From Antedon mediterranea (lineage: Eukaryota; Animalia; Echinodermata), in NCBI RefSeq assembly GCF_964355755.1, contig NC_092676.1, positions 3,449,888 to 3,513,887 on the forward strand: 64,000 bases of DNA. The letters run 5' to 3'. Numbering within the stretch: position 1 is the stretch's first letter; each line of letters begins with the position of its first letter. The notes beneath the pieces were generated by a model that was not told where the DNA came from, made no database searches, and saw only the letters and a program-made list of their open reading frames with translations. The translations under genes and the position numbers were made by a program. This document shows positions 49,801 to 60,885 of the stretch, piece after piece.

Positions 49801-50221
49801 ACATTCTAGAATAAGATGTTTTGATTTAAGAAACCATGTATAATTAATAAGAACAATCAAGAACATTCCAGAAGTGCTATTAATAGAAACTGTAATCATG
49901 TAATAATGAGAAGTATAAAGAATGATCTAGAAGGATAGGAGCATCTTGTATATAAAGGGTTGTAAACTATTGTAAGGTTGTTGGATTAGAGGTTGGATTA
50001 GAGGTTGGATTAGAGGTTGGATGTTATATTGTAAAGTTATTGTGAAGCTGTTGTTTAAAGTGCTTACTGGATTGTTAAAAGTTGAAGTTGATTGAAATTA
50101 AAGCTTTGTTTTTGAGTTATTTTACAACTTTGTGGATTTTGTGTGTATACTTTTATGTCACAAGGGAGTTCCTAAAGTATTTTCAACCGCTCGGAAACAT
50201 ACGTGAGAGAAGTTCGTGACA
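46837..50221 (+). mobile_element. Gmr1-like Ty3/Gypsy LTR retrotransposon, internally deleted
   Basis: 472-bp LTRs at 46837-47308 and 49750-50221 (TG...CA, one difference spotted). ATAT TSD. PBS tggtggcagcggt at 47314 (tRNA-Leu-like). PPT agaaagaggggggag. Empty site at about 4567-4575. Confidence 0.93.
47646..49676 (+). CDS. Truncated Gag-Pro-IN polyprotein (SCAN-like capsid, CCHC knuckle, aspartic protease, integrase Zn finger; no RT)
   Basis: EETYRQRFRS...VILEQLIDIMP...WVKEHKP; CRRCKKVGHIERFC; ILIDSGC; HDIPLAGHLG...FFWPG. Confidence 0.85.
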   Translation: MADKQSTTRSGREYSGGNETDSDVESVQSVQPEQQAEESGPTSGHNPTGADSFSKDFLLLMQQQMQQQNIMMQQMMKQQERSRQEDNERRREDIEKQEHLTGKARAAYASLPVTESNQYDIVKKAILQRYDITEETYRQRFRSIKKKSEESYREMYVRLKDLFTKWARPADKSKDDLAEIVILEQLIDIMPTGVQIWVKEHKPDSGLNAAELADNYFQARKGIDFEKKFQNRKHENRNNKEKTVKGTPEVDSKGNNNPPDNFHKSQSDARQPLVCRRCKKVGHIERFCRSKDGFLSTKTDTVSKPCTPYICRGLVEGCDCEILIDSGCDMTLVHSDLVAAKKINRAEEAKITCRCVHDHVQAYPTAFVNIKVNNEDHNLLVGVCSDLPRDVILGRDFPKFGDLLGKGNKNHDRHSFVATRDHARKEKLREENELNSEKASGVISHQLDDVVNFQEEFGHLDGQLLSNNPPKEKVHKTRSEKRKVRKEFAKTKEAQSSQDSELDILDIGRDKIKDYQVKDRTLISLREQMLVQKDDDTIKIVCKDGILFRQVFTKHQTEPIEQLVVPYPCRNSVLKVSHDIPLAGHLGRKKTLDRIKQRFFWPGIRKDVTEYCNTFEICQKTSKYRTKFKDFMIPMSVISEPFGQIYMNVVCSLLVIINNYVPCFYGVFKFYRLGVG

Positions 50222-51955
50222 ATATCTATAAGATTGCACTACGGTATATACCGGTACTGCAATGGTAACAAGTTAAAACCAAACCAACTTCTTTTTCTCG
50301 ATACTGGAGTAAAACTATAATAATTAGGCCTATAACGCCTTCGATTTAAATTCCAAAGAAAAAAACACACACATTAACGCAAACGGTTAAAGTATGTTGT
50401 TTTTGCTTTAGATTTTCCTTCGTGGTTCATCAATTGTACGGTAAAGTACCGGTATTACTGGTAATAAGTTAAAACCAAACCAATTTTTCTTTCTCCATAC
50501 TGATAGTAAACTCTAATTTAAAGACTAAAACTAACTCCTTCGAGGAAGCAACGGCAATAGAAATTAAAGGGCGACAAATTTTACTTAATTCGTTTTTTAT
50601 GACATTAAATGGTCGCACAGACACTTCTGTTCATATCAAAATAAACAAGTTACGAAAACAGTAAGCCCTAATAAGGAAACAAGAGCATATTAAGCCCTGT
50701 CCACACTATCTAACTTTATGTAACAAGTTATTGCCCATAAACGGACATGATGATGTCACATCACAACCATATTTGGGCATACCACTACTATGGGCACATC
50801 ACACGTTTGTTGTCAAACTAGTTTGATAGTGTAGACAGAGCTTAATGCTGGTTTGGACCAAAAATAGATCGGAAATGAAAAATCGGAACATAAAGGCTTG
50901 CTTACATATATACTTTCTTATTTACATACCACCTGTCCTATTGGTATATAAGTACTCTAGGCGTTGTTTTTTGTTCTTCTGATGATGAGAATTGTTTCTC
51001 GAAACATGTCACATTTTAAGGCAGTTTGCCTATTCGTTAAATGCCTCGCTATACTCATATTAACTCGTAAGTTCGGTGGAATCATTCATGATTTATCTAT
51101 TATATAATATGATTGTATGATTACCGTTATTTTGATATTAGTAAATGAATTTAGAAATACCTTTTTACTAAACGAATCGGAATAAAATAAAACTGAGATA
51201 ATAACAGAAGCTGTGCGTGTGAAGTATACAACAACAGTTTCAAGGTAAACCATCCAAGTATTTTCATTTCGATTGGTTTGTTAAAAATGTCTAAATTCCT
51301 AATCCGGAGGTATGAAGTAAATAAACACTGTATGGGGCATCATTGCATTATCACTGGATAACATACCACGCAATATAATAATAACACATATGAAATGATC
51401 TGCTAAAATAACTTTATAATCGGATAAACAATTATTTCTATATGATTGGATATTGTATTGGGCACAAATGAAATCATATCGCGTGAGGCTTTAGTAATAA
51501 TGTCTTTCAAAAGAATGCGTTAAAACATCAACTATTCTTACATTGTAGTCATTACCATAAATGATTGGAATCTACAATAGTCCTAAACAATCTCAATTCT
51601 GGTAAGGAAGTTACTTTAAACCGATCAAAAGCAATATTTGGGAATTGACATTCACAAGAATGGCTCATTCTCAATATTGGACATTGCTGTTTTTCAAGTT
51701 TCTGATTATATTTCATATATTTCACTGCTGTTCTGCACAGTACTATAATTTTACAGAACATCCACAATCGGTTCTCGTTGCAGACGGACAAACTACAACG
51801 CTATCGTGTGAATGGACACCAGCATTGAATAACAACCATCTCGTAACATGGACATACGATCGTGTTAATAATCCTAAACGAATTGAAATTTCAGATACAA
51901 AATACGCATTAATGAACGACGCAACTTCTTCTAGTCTTTCCATTTCTAATGTTGG

Positions 51956-54900
51956 GTCTTTCACACCCCCGCTGTTGTTCCATTGGAAGAGATGGTCTCC
52001 TTGTAGTCAACCGCACTGAACCACTCTCACTTAAGCATGAATGTATTATTGTCCCTCGCCCCGTATTAAACGGACTGCTGACATCACTTCACGTCCGGCT
52101 AGATCACCCAACTAGTCACCAACTTAAGTTATCCGTTCGCCGCCACTTCTTTGCGCTTGACTTGGACAAAACCATCGAACAGGTGTCAGAATCGTGTCAT
52201 CACTGTGCCTCGATCCGTACTGTACCCACCACTGCAATTGAGCAGTCCACTGATGATCCTCCGTCGAAGCTCGGAGTCACCTTTGCCGCCGATGTCCTAA
52301 AACGCGAGCGTCAACTTATTCTTGTTGTCAGAGAGACGGTGACGTCTTACACCCTTTCGTGTTTAATCAGCGATGAGAAGCACGATACTCTCCGCGATAC
52401 CTTGATTCGCTTATGCATTGGCATGTGCCCCGTGGAGGGCCCCTCAGCAACCATCCGCACAGACCCTGCCCCGGGCTTCATGGCACTCGTCCACGATCCC
52501 GTCTTACTGAAACATATGATTTCGATCGAAATTGGCAGAGTTAAGAACATCAACAAAAACCCGGTTGGAGAGAAAGCTGTACGCGAATTTTCAGAAGAGT
52601 TACTTCGGCAAGAGCCTGGTGGTGGTCCCATCTCACCGACGTTGCTTGCTGTCGCCACATCTCGTCTTAACTCCCGTATCCGAACACGAGGATTGTCGTC
52701 TCGCGAAATGTGGACACAGCGAGATCAGTTCACTCATGACCAAATCCCTATTTCTGACCGCAAGTTGATTATCAGCCAACAGCACCTCAGAGCCTCTAAT
52801 TTATTTATTTTTTATTTATTTATTACGGTATATATAAAATTACAAAAACAATAGCACATAGCTAATAACGTTTGTATTACAATAAAAAATATTGAAATGA
52901 AATCTATAAAAACTACAATAATAAATTCGGAATATACAATTACAAAATTTCACAATTATTCACTAAAATTTAAAATATTAAGAATTTTAAAATATATACA
53001 CAATTTTGGAAAATACAATTGCACTTTTATTTAAAAAAAAAACGAAAAATTTACATTATAATATACTAAAGTAAAACCTATCTGCACTGTTCTTTATTTG
53101 ATTATTATTATTATTATTATTATTATTATCTTTTAGTATAGGTGGCAACATTGCACAATTATTCACTAAAATATTCACAACATTAAAAATCTACAAAAAT
53201 ATATTAAATTTCGGAAAATAAAAGTTTACAGTGTATATTAATATTAAACGTTGTCTGCAGTGCTCTTCATTTGATTATTTTAGGCGGTAATATTGCACAA
53301 TCATTTATTATATATTTTTTTAATTTCATTTTTCACAGGAGGAATTTAATTTGTTTATAATATAGGGAATCGTTGAATTTTTATATCGGTTAGTTTTTAT
53401 TTTAGGTAATGTAAATCTATTGGGGTTACGTAATCTAGATATATTAGGTCTTTCAGCAGGCAGCATATTACGATGTCTCTCTGACTTAAGGATACCTTCT
53501 CCAAATTTTAATGTTAATTTTTCTCTACGTTCAGCAAGGCTGGTAATTTTGAGTTGAGTAAGGGCCGTATCATAGCTCTCATAGTCCTGGCCAAGTATAA
53601 TTTTGCATGCTCGCTTTTGCAACCTCTCAATTTCATTGGTCTGTTGTTTTGTAATGCTAGAGTGCCAAACAACACATGCATACTCAGTCAGCGGCCGAAT
53701 ATAAAGTTGATAAATACTTAACATGTCACCAATAGGTGCACTATATCCTCTCAATGCATAAAGAAGAAACATTCTTCTACTTGCTCTAGAGATAATACTT
53801 TTGATTTGGATATCCCAACCTAAATTGTCTTGTAGCTCAAGACCTAATAATTTCATACTATGTACAGTATCAATTTTTTCACCACTTATAGTAAATTGGG
53901 GGTAGTTTATTTGGGATTTCATAAAATTTATATTAATAGCATGGCACTTCGAAGGCTTGGGTAGCATGTCATTTTGTTTACACCAACAACTCAAGGAATC
54001 TAAATGGGATTGAAGTTCTGATGATGTACTATTATTTTTTATATTAATTATTTCTCCCAGTGTTAGATCATCCACAAATTTCCAACGATTATCAGTGGTG
54101 TTACCCGCATCATTCACCATAACAGTAAATATGCTGGGTCCCAGTTTGGTACCCTGGGGGACCCCACACGTTATAGTTCTTAGTCCAGAACAATGTCCCT
54201 TAAATTTCACACACTGGGTGCGATTCATCAGAAAACTGCTAATCGTTGGAATTATCGACGGTCTAACACCAGATTCTATCATCTTTGAAATAGCAACATT
54301 ATGGTTTATCCTATCAAACGCAGTTGTGAAATCAACTGTACATAATGTGGCGTAGGTCCCTGGCACATCAATATTGGATATAACCGTATTCAACATATCT
54401 ACTAAGTAGTGTGTTGTACTAGTTCCTCTCACGTTACCATACTGTTTACAATCCAATACTGGTTCGAAATCCGTTTTTAACCATCCCGCTAGGAATGATT
54501 CAAATACTCTACCCAATATTTTAGTTAGTGAAATAGGTCGTAATTGGCCAACCATTGTCGGTTTTTTAACTTTAGGTACTTGTACAATTGATGCGGTCTT
54601 CCACACAGTTGGAAACACCCCTTCGTTTAGACAGGTATTAAAGATTAAAAACAGGGGTTGTGCTATTTCAAAAGAAAACAGCTTAATGAGTTTCACCGGA
54701 ATATCATCTGGGTGGCCAGATTTATTGGAGTTTAATTTGTTTAAACTCTTCCAAATTTCTCCATGGTATATTTTGGGGGGTGGTTTTGTAGGCAAGTACG
54801 AGGGAAGTGTTTCCAATCTGAGTGGTGGAAGCTGGCAACATACTCTTGAGAAATGTTCATTAATTTGTTCAGCCTGTTCTTCAACAGATTCACCATAATT

Positions 54901-55715
54901 ATTTAATTTAACATTGTCTGACTTCTTGTTATATCACGCGCACAGCGAAAAGTCTAAGGCACCCGTCGCGAGTGCAGCACCTGACGTTTCTATTACGGTT
55001 GGTGATTTAGTCTACCTGTGGACAGATCGTCGCAAGACCTGTGCACGAGATCGCTATCTCGTTGTTTCTGTAGATGGAAAGTGGTGCAACGTCCGAAAGT
55101 TTACGCACTCACAATTGAGAAGCGCTACTTATCGTGTAAAGAAATCAGAGTGTTTTACTGTACCGACTGACGTTCATCATTCTCCCACACCAACCTCACA
55201 ACGCCACTGCGACACCTCTGATGAAGAACCTGATTTCACAGTTGATCCGTCTCCATTTCCTCCACCCGAGGTACCGTCAACTCTTTCTGCCTCTCCTGAT
55301 GAGGTGAACGACAAGTCATCATCCATACAGACCCCGGAAGAATCACCAATGGAAGTTCCAGCACAGTTGTCTCATCGCACATCCACACGTTCACGCAGAT
55401 TTCCTAGACATCTCGCTGACTACGTTCTTGATTTATAATGTTTCATTCGTATTATATAGTTAAGTTTCGACCATTCAATTTAGATTTTGAGTGCTTTTGC
55501 TTGCTTTGTTTTGTTTTTGACTTTTGTGTTTTATGAGAAGAGAAAAAAAAAATGATTACGCCAGTCTAGCGCCCCCTATCTAGATATATATATCATGGCC
55601 GCTGGTTGTTATGTTATTGTTGTGATATTTGGTTTTGACGAATAAAGATCTTATTCTACTTGAGTCTTACGTGTCCGGTCGTCTTTATTGTGGTGTGCCT
55701 TTTGCCTTACTGGCG
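51956..55715 (+). mobile_element. 3' portion of a Gypsy-like LTR retrotransposon (integrase, PPT, probable 3' LTR), split by a LINE
   Basis: HVRLDHP..CHHC, FAADV, IRTDPAPGF and NKNPVGEKAVRE (HHCC plus DDE). The frame rejoins as RASN|HAHSEKSK across the LINE. Purine tract at about 55535-55552, then tgattacg...aataaa. Confidence 0.78.
52801..54932 (-). mobile_element. 5'-truncated non-LTR retrotransposon (L2/Crack-group-like RT, ORF 53326-54816)
   Basis: LRPISLT, VDFTTAFD, GVPQGTKLGP and WKFVDD. A-rich tail at 52801 on the minus strand. Confidence 0.88.
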
Positions 55716-58110
55716 ATGGTATAACGACGGAAAACAAATAACTTCGGGACAACAACAAAACAATGATTTAGAATCAACGGCTCTGACTGCCGAAGACGAG
55801 GGAGGTCTATTTACTTGTAAAGCCACTATCGGATTCCAAAGTCAAGCGACAGGAACTTGTGAAACTACTCCGCTAGTATTTCCTATAGATGCAGAGATTG
55901 AACAATCACCGCCAGGTCCACTTCAGGTTGGCGATAGCTTTAATCTTACCTGCTCAGGAAAAGGTAATCCTGAAAATTATAATTACGAATGGACTTGGAA
56001 TAACAACCCAGTAGAATCTATGACAGATAGTCGATTTGCAATTGGCAATGTGGTTATTGTGAATACTGTATCAGGCAGTGACAATGGCAAAATGGTTTCC
56101 TGTACTATTAGTAGTAGTGGCTACAGCAGTATAGCGAGCTATACAATAAACATTTTGGATCAGATGTCGAGTACAACTACAAGTATGTCGATACCAGATA
56201 AGCCTACACGTACACAAAAACCAATTACGGTCAGACTATCAACACATGATGTCCCGGATGATATTTCAACAACAGTAATGACTACACGTTTAGAGTCGAC
56301 ACTAGATACACGACGTACGCCAACATCAATTACACATCAACTATCAACACATAATGTCTCGGAAGACGTTTCCACAACAATAGACCTAGCGAATACACGT
56401 CTACACACAACACCTGTTACTGTACCGCGTTCTATTACAGAAATCCTAACGGTTGTAATTATCGTAGTTGCAATTTTACTCGTCGTTTCTTTGATAATAA
56501 TAATAAGCCTATGTGTTTATTTGCAAAAAAGAAAAAAGAAAAACACAACTCCTTCAAATCGACTGTCAAATAATCTCGAGCACGTTTACGATTACATTAC
56601 GTCATCTAGCGCACACGTGACCACGACAGCCAGTAACACTAAGTATGATTATGTCATACACCTGTTCACACGCAATACGGAAGAATCAACTCCTGAGTAC
56701 CTTGAATTGGACGATGGTTTCCAAGATGGCGCACCAAAACCAGAAAGTAATACAGCCGCTGATTACGATGATGTTGCATCGGAACAAACAGATACTAAAA
56801 ACCAAGAGTACAAATTCGAAAATGGTATGCTGCGTGTTAAAGGTATCAGAGAGACATAAAAAAATAAGGTACGCAACTATCAATTTTTTACGCATGTATT
56901 GGAACTACGATTACGTCACATTGGTGCGTACACGGCGTTGTTTGCTGATGAACGAGTCAATCGTGTACGAAAATTGTCTGATTTATATCTAAAGCAAACG
57001 TTAGACGCGTACAGTATGAAACTTAATCAAATAAATCAATCATTGTATAGAAACCACTATCCCAACAGAGGTCTTGTTTAACATATAGCAAGATACATCT
57101 GCGAAGAAAAACAAGTAAATTGTAATTCTCATAACACGAAGGACAAAATGGACCGCACCATGGATCTAGTTTAAGTTTTAAAAAGGATATGCTTTCAAAT
57201 AAATTTTTATATAATATTATAACAGTTATTTTATATAAACCACTACCACCCCCATGGTCTAATATAAATCTAAATAAATAAGTGTACAGTTATATGCATT
57301 TAAAAAAAAAGAGTAAACTGTAGCCCGTTATAGCAAAACATTTTAAGCTTGTATAGACGCAACAAAAGCGAATTGACCAATGACAAGCGACAGTTCGAAT
57401 AATACATTGCTTATGATTGGTCAAATCATTTACGTTGCGTTACGTCCTTGTGTTGCGTCTCTAGAGAGAACCAAGCATTAGGGGGAAAATGTACGCAATA
57501 TTAGTACAAAATTATATATTAGGAAGGAAGGAATATAGATGCACAGATTATGTTTAAATAACATAGTATAAAATGACCCCAAGTAACGAGAGGAAAGCCA
57601 TGAATAAACGTTATACTTATTTGATCATCATCAGGAATCGATGATTAAATAAAGATTGAAACGTTGAATCATGGCTTGCCTCTCTTTATTACTTAAGAAA
57701 AGAACAACACTAGATTATTAACGAGCAATATGACAAGAATAACACAGGAATTAGGAAGGCAGGAAGTTTTACGAAACTATTGTAAAAATGTATTGGTTTA
57801 TCAAGTTGTCCGGTATCGTGTTTTGTTTTCACTTTCATTATGTTTCTAAGTGTACAATGAACGAATAAAATAATTCCAGTCAATTATCTATCAACATATT
57901 ATTGGTTAAGGAAACGAATTATAATATAAGTACCCTCCTAAATGATATTATGTACGAATATACAAACTTTCATTGTCTACAAAGCTTAATAGTTCACCCT
58001 CAACATTGGACTATGTTGTTTTACAAATGCTTGATTATATTTAATTATTATACACTTGTTAAAAACCACCGAAATGAGTTATCGTTGCGAAAAGAAAAAC
58101 ACCTACGTCA

Positions 58111-60000
58111 CAGGGGTGGCGCCATGATCTTCCCGACGCGGGGGCTACATTCCCCGACGAGGGGGCTATGCGAGCATCACAAGGCTGGGGGCCAGGGGGC
58201 CGCCAAGGGCCCCCGGTGGGGGTCCAGGAGGCGAAGCCCCCGGAAGTAACGCGTTCTAGCGTCATTTGAGGTCATTTTAATCAGATTTAGGGTAGCCATT
58301 TTTTCCATTTTTTATAATGCATAAATAAAATACTGCGTGCAAAAAAACGATGCGCGATGACTGTTTCAATCCATATTTTTCAATTTAAAAAATAAAAGTT
58401 CAAAGAAAATTTAGAAAAATAGAGTTGGAGGTCCTGGAAATTGGACTTATTATACTTCAAAACATGAAACAAAATATATAAGTCCCTATCATGGTTGTGA
58501 CTGAGCTAAGAAATGTTTGAAAAATAGAGATGTTAGGTCCCGGAAAATGCACTTCTTGTACTTCGAAATATGACCAGCTTTATTGTTGGGGCTGAGCAAA
58601 GAAAATGTTTAAAACTAGAGCTGCAGGTCTAAAATTGCATTTTATATTTTGGAAACATCAGGCCCAGAGGCTTAAAAACGCAAGCGTAGACCTTTTTCAG
58701 TCGGGGAAATAAGTTTATTCCTCCCAAGTGTATGCCTGCGTACCATCTGGACTTCCGAGTGGTGAGAAATTCATGACATACAGGAGGACATTGAAAATTT
58801 AATAACTTAGCTATAATAAGATGTTGGCTAAGCGAAAATGGCATGTTTTTTTGTTTAGTAATGGATGAAATATTTATTTTAGGTGCCCCACGGTACAGAA
58901 GGTTACTTGTAAATTAAAAAATTTTGTGAACATACGAACAATTAACATAATTCGTTTTTGCTGTAGTGTAGCGTACGTCGACACAGTACACGACGTAACC
59001 ATCGGTAAACTTCGCCTGGAAAATAACTACAGTACACATTTTGGTCCCTGGATGGAACATGATATCACGACCCAACGTTGAACGATTCGTACAAAGGGAT
59101 ACCGCCAGACAAGTGCGTACCTATAGCTATTGTTTAGTAGTAAGTTAGATCGCTGGCAATAATGAATGCATATAAAGTGCATAATATCACTCTGACGTAC
59201 TCTCACGGTCAATGAAACGTCGAGGTTTTCTAGGCGCTGAAGCTACGAAGTGAACGCGAACGAATTATATTCCCCGACAAAAAGTACCCGAACCGTCGGT
59301 AAACTTCGCCTGGAAAATAACTACATTACACATTTTGGTCCCTGGATGGAACTTGATATCACGCGTCTCGACCCAACGTTGAACGATTCGTACAAAGGGA
59401 TACCGCCAGACAAGTGCGTACCTAGCTAATGTTTAGTAGTAAGTTAGATCGCTGGCAATAATGAATGCATATACTGTAATTGCATAATAGCACTCTGACA
59501 TACTCTCACGGTCAATGAAACGTCGCGGTTTTCTAGGCGCTGAAGCTACCAAGTGAACGCGAACGTTTTTTACTGTATATTATATTCCCCGACAAAAATT
59601 ACCCGTGTTCCCTTCGGTAATCGTCGTTAAACTTCGCCTGGAAAATAACTACATTACACATTTTGGTCCCTGGATGGAACATGATATCACGCGTCTCGAC
59701 CCAACGGTGAACGATTCGTACAAAGGGATACCGCCAAACAAGTGCGTACTAGCTATTGTTTAGTAGTTAGATCTCTGGCAATAATGAATGCATAAAAGTG
59801 CATAATAGCCCTCTGACGTACTCTCACGGTCAATGGAACGTCGTGGTTTTCTAGGCGCTGAAGCTATATGAAGTGAACGCGAACGTTGTTTACTGTATGT
59901 TATATTCCCCGACAAAAAGTACCCGTGTTCCCCGACGGGGGAGCTAGGCTCCCCGACGAGGGGGCTAGAGCCCCCGTAGCTCCCGCTGGCGCCACCACTG
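58111..60000. mobile_element. Non-autonomous hAT-like element carrying three tandem repeats of about 300 bp
   Basis: 8-bp TSD ctacgtca (58103-58110 and 60001-60008). TIRs caggggtggcgcca / tggcgccaccactg. Subterminal cccgacg-ggggg motifs. Repeat units start at 59002, 59296 and 59624. Confidence 0.87.
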
Positions 60001-60885
60001 CTACGTCATCGTGTGAATGAACACCCGAATTATATGCAAACGATGTAATATCTGAAATAGACGCAAACTCCGCCTGGTATAGAGGGTGAGGGGGGAAATT
60101 TAGATATCCAGAAACAAACTAAACATAAATCTATGTATATGTTTCCATCTAATTGTAGCCTTACGTTAATCTAGTCAAACTAAGTGTCCAATGCTTACAA
60201 AACAAAGGAGGGGCCAATGGGGTTTGGGGCGTTACACATTTACTGTCATTACACCTAGAGGTCTACTTCTGCAGCCAAATCTTGTTCTTTAGTTTAGAAA
60301 ATCAATTCGTAAACCACGCTCTCTAAGAGAAGACAGACATTTAATCAGTAATTGTATCTTTTCATTAAAAAACAATATCTTTCTACATATATTTAAATCA
60401 ATAGTATGTTTAAATTACTGTATTTGACAATGCAGTGTTAATGTTCAGAATTGTGTAATTCTTATTCTTGTCAGCATTTATCAGGTATTTCTGCCGTGTG
60501 TGGCAGCAGACGGCAACTTACATAAAAAGAAAAAAAGAAACAGGAATGATCCAACGTTTTAGTTCTAAGTTACTCTATAGGGGGCGGTATGCATTATTAC
60601 TAGTTTTGCCTACAGAATGGAATACGTTAAAATAACTTGATACAGGTTACGTAGTTGATGCTAATATCACTTTAGCAGGAGTACGCTACAATACAGTACC
60701 CAATAATCAGAACGACTGAGTGTTACAGAGTATTACTTGTACCAACGTGTACAGCAATTATTTATACAATATTAAGGAATACAGTATCTTTCAATTTGGT
60801 ATACAATTCTGGACATTTATTATTCGTATAATCTTGAATTTGATAAGTAAGTAAATCGATCCCGGAACTTAACCGTCGAAGTGTA

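Larger units (their letters stand above)
51660..56859 (+). pseudogene. g11: duplicate of g2 disrupted by a nested retroelement insertion with loss of about 190 bp of coding sequence
   Basis: 51660-51955 matches the g2 signal peptide and V domain up to ISNVG. Homology resumes at about 55716 (WYNDGKQIT) and stays open to the stop at 56859. Confidence 0.88.
40900..60885 (+). repeat. Segmental duplicate of about 130-12250, expanded by transposon insertions
   Basis: Collinear order: g1/g10 upstream block, post-stop taacgtaatattgttacg, MITE pair, g2/g11, old remnant, g3/g12 upstream block. Confidence 0.88.

Noticed and set aside
59002-59935. The roughly 300-bp repeats as a CRISPR or ncRNA array
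   Set aside because: No unique spacers, and they lie inside a TIR/TSD-bounded transposon.
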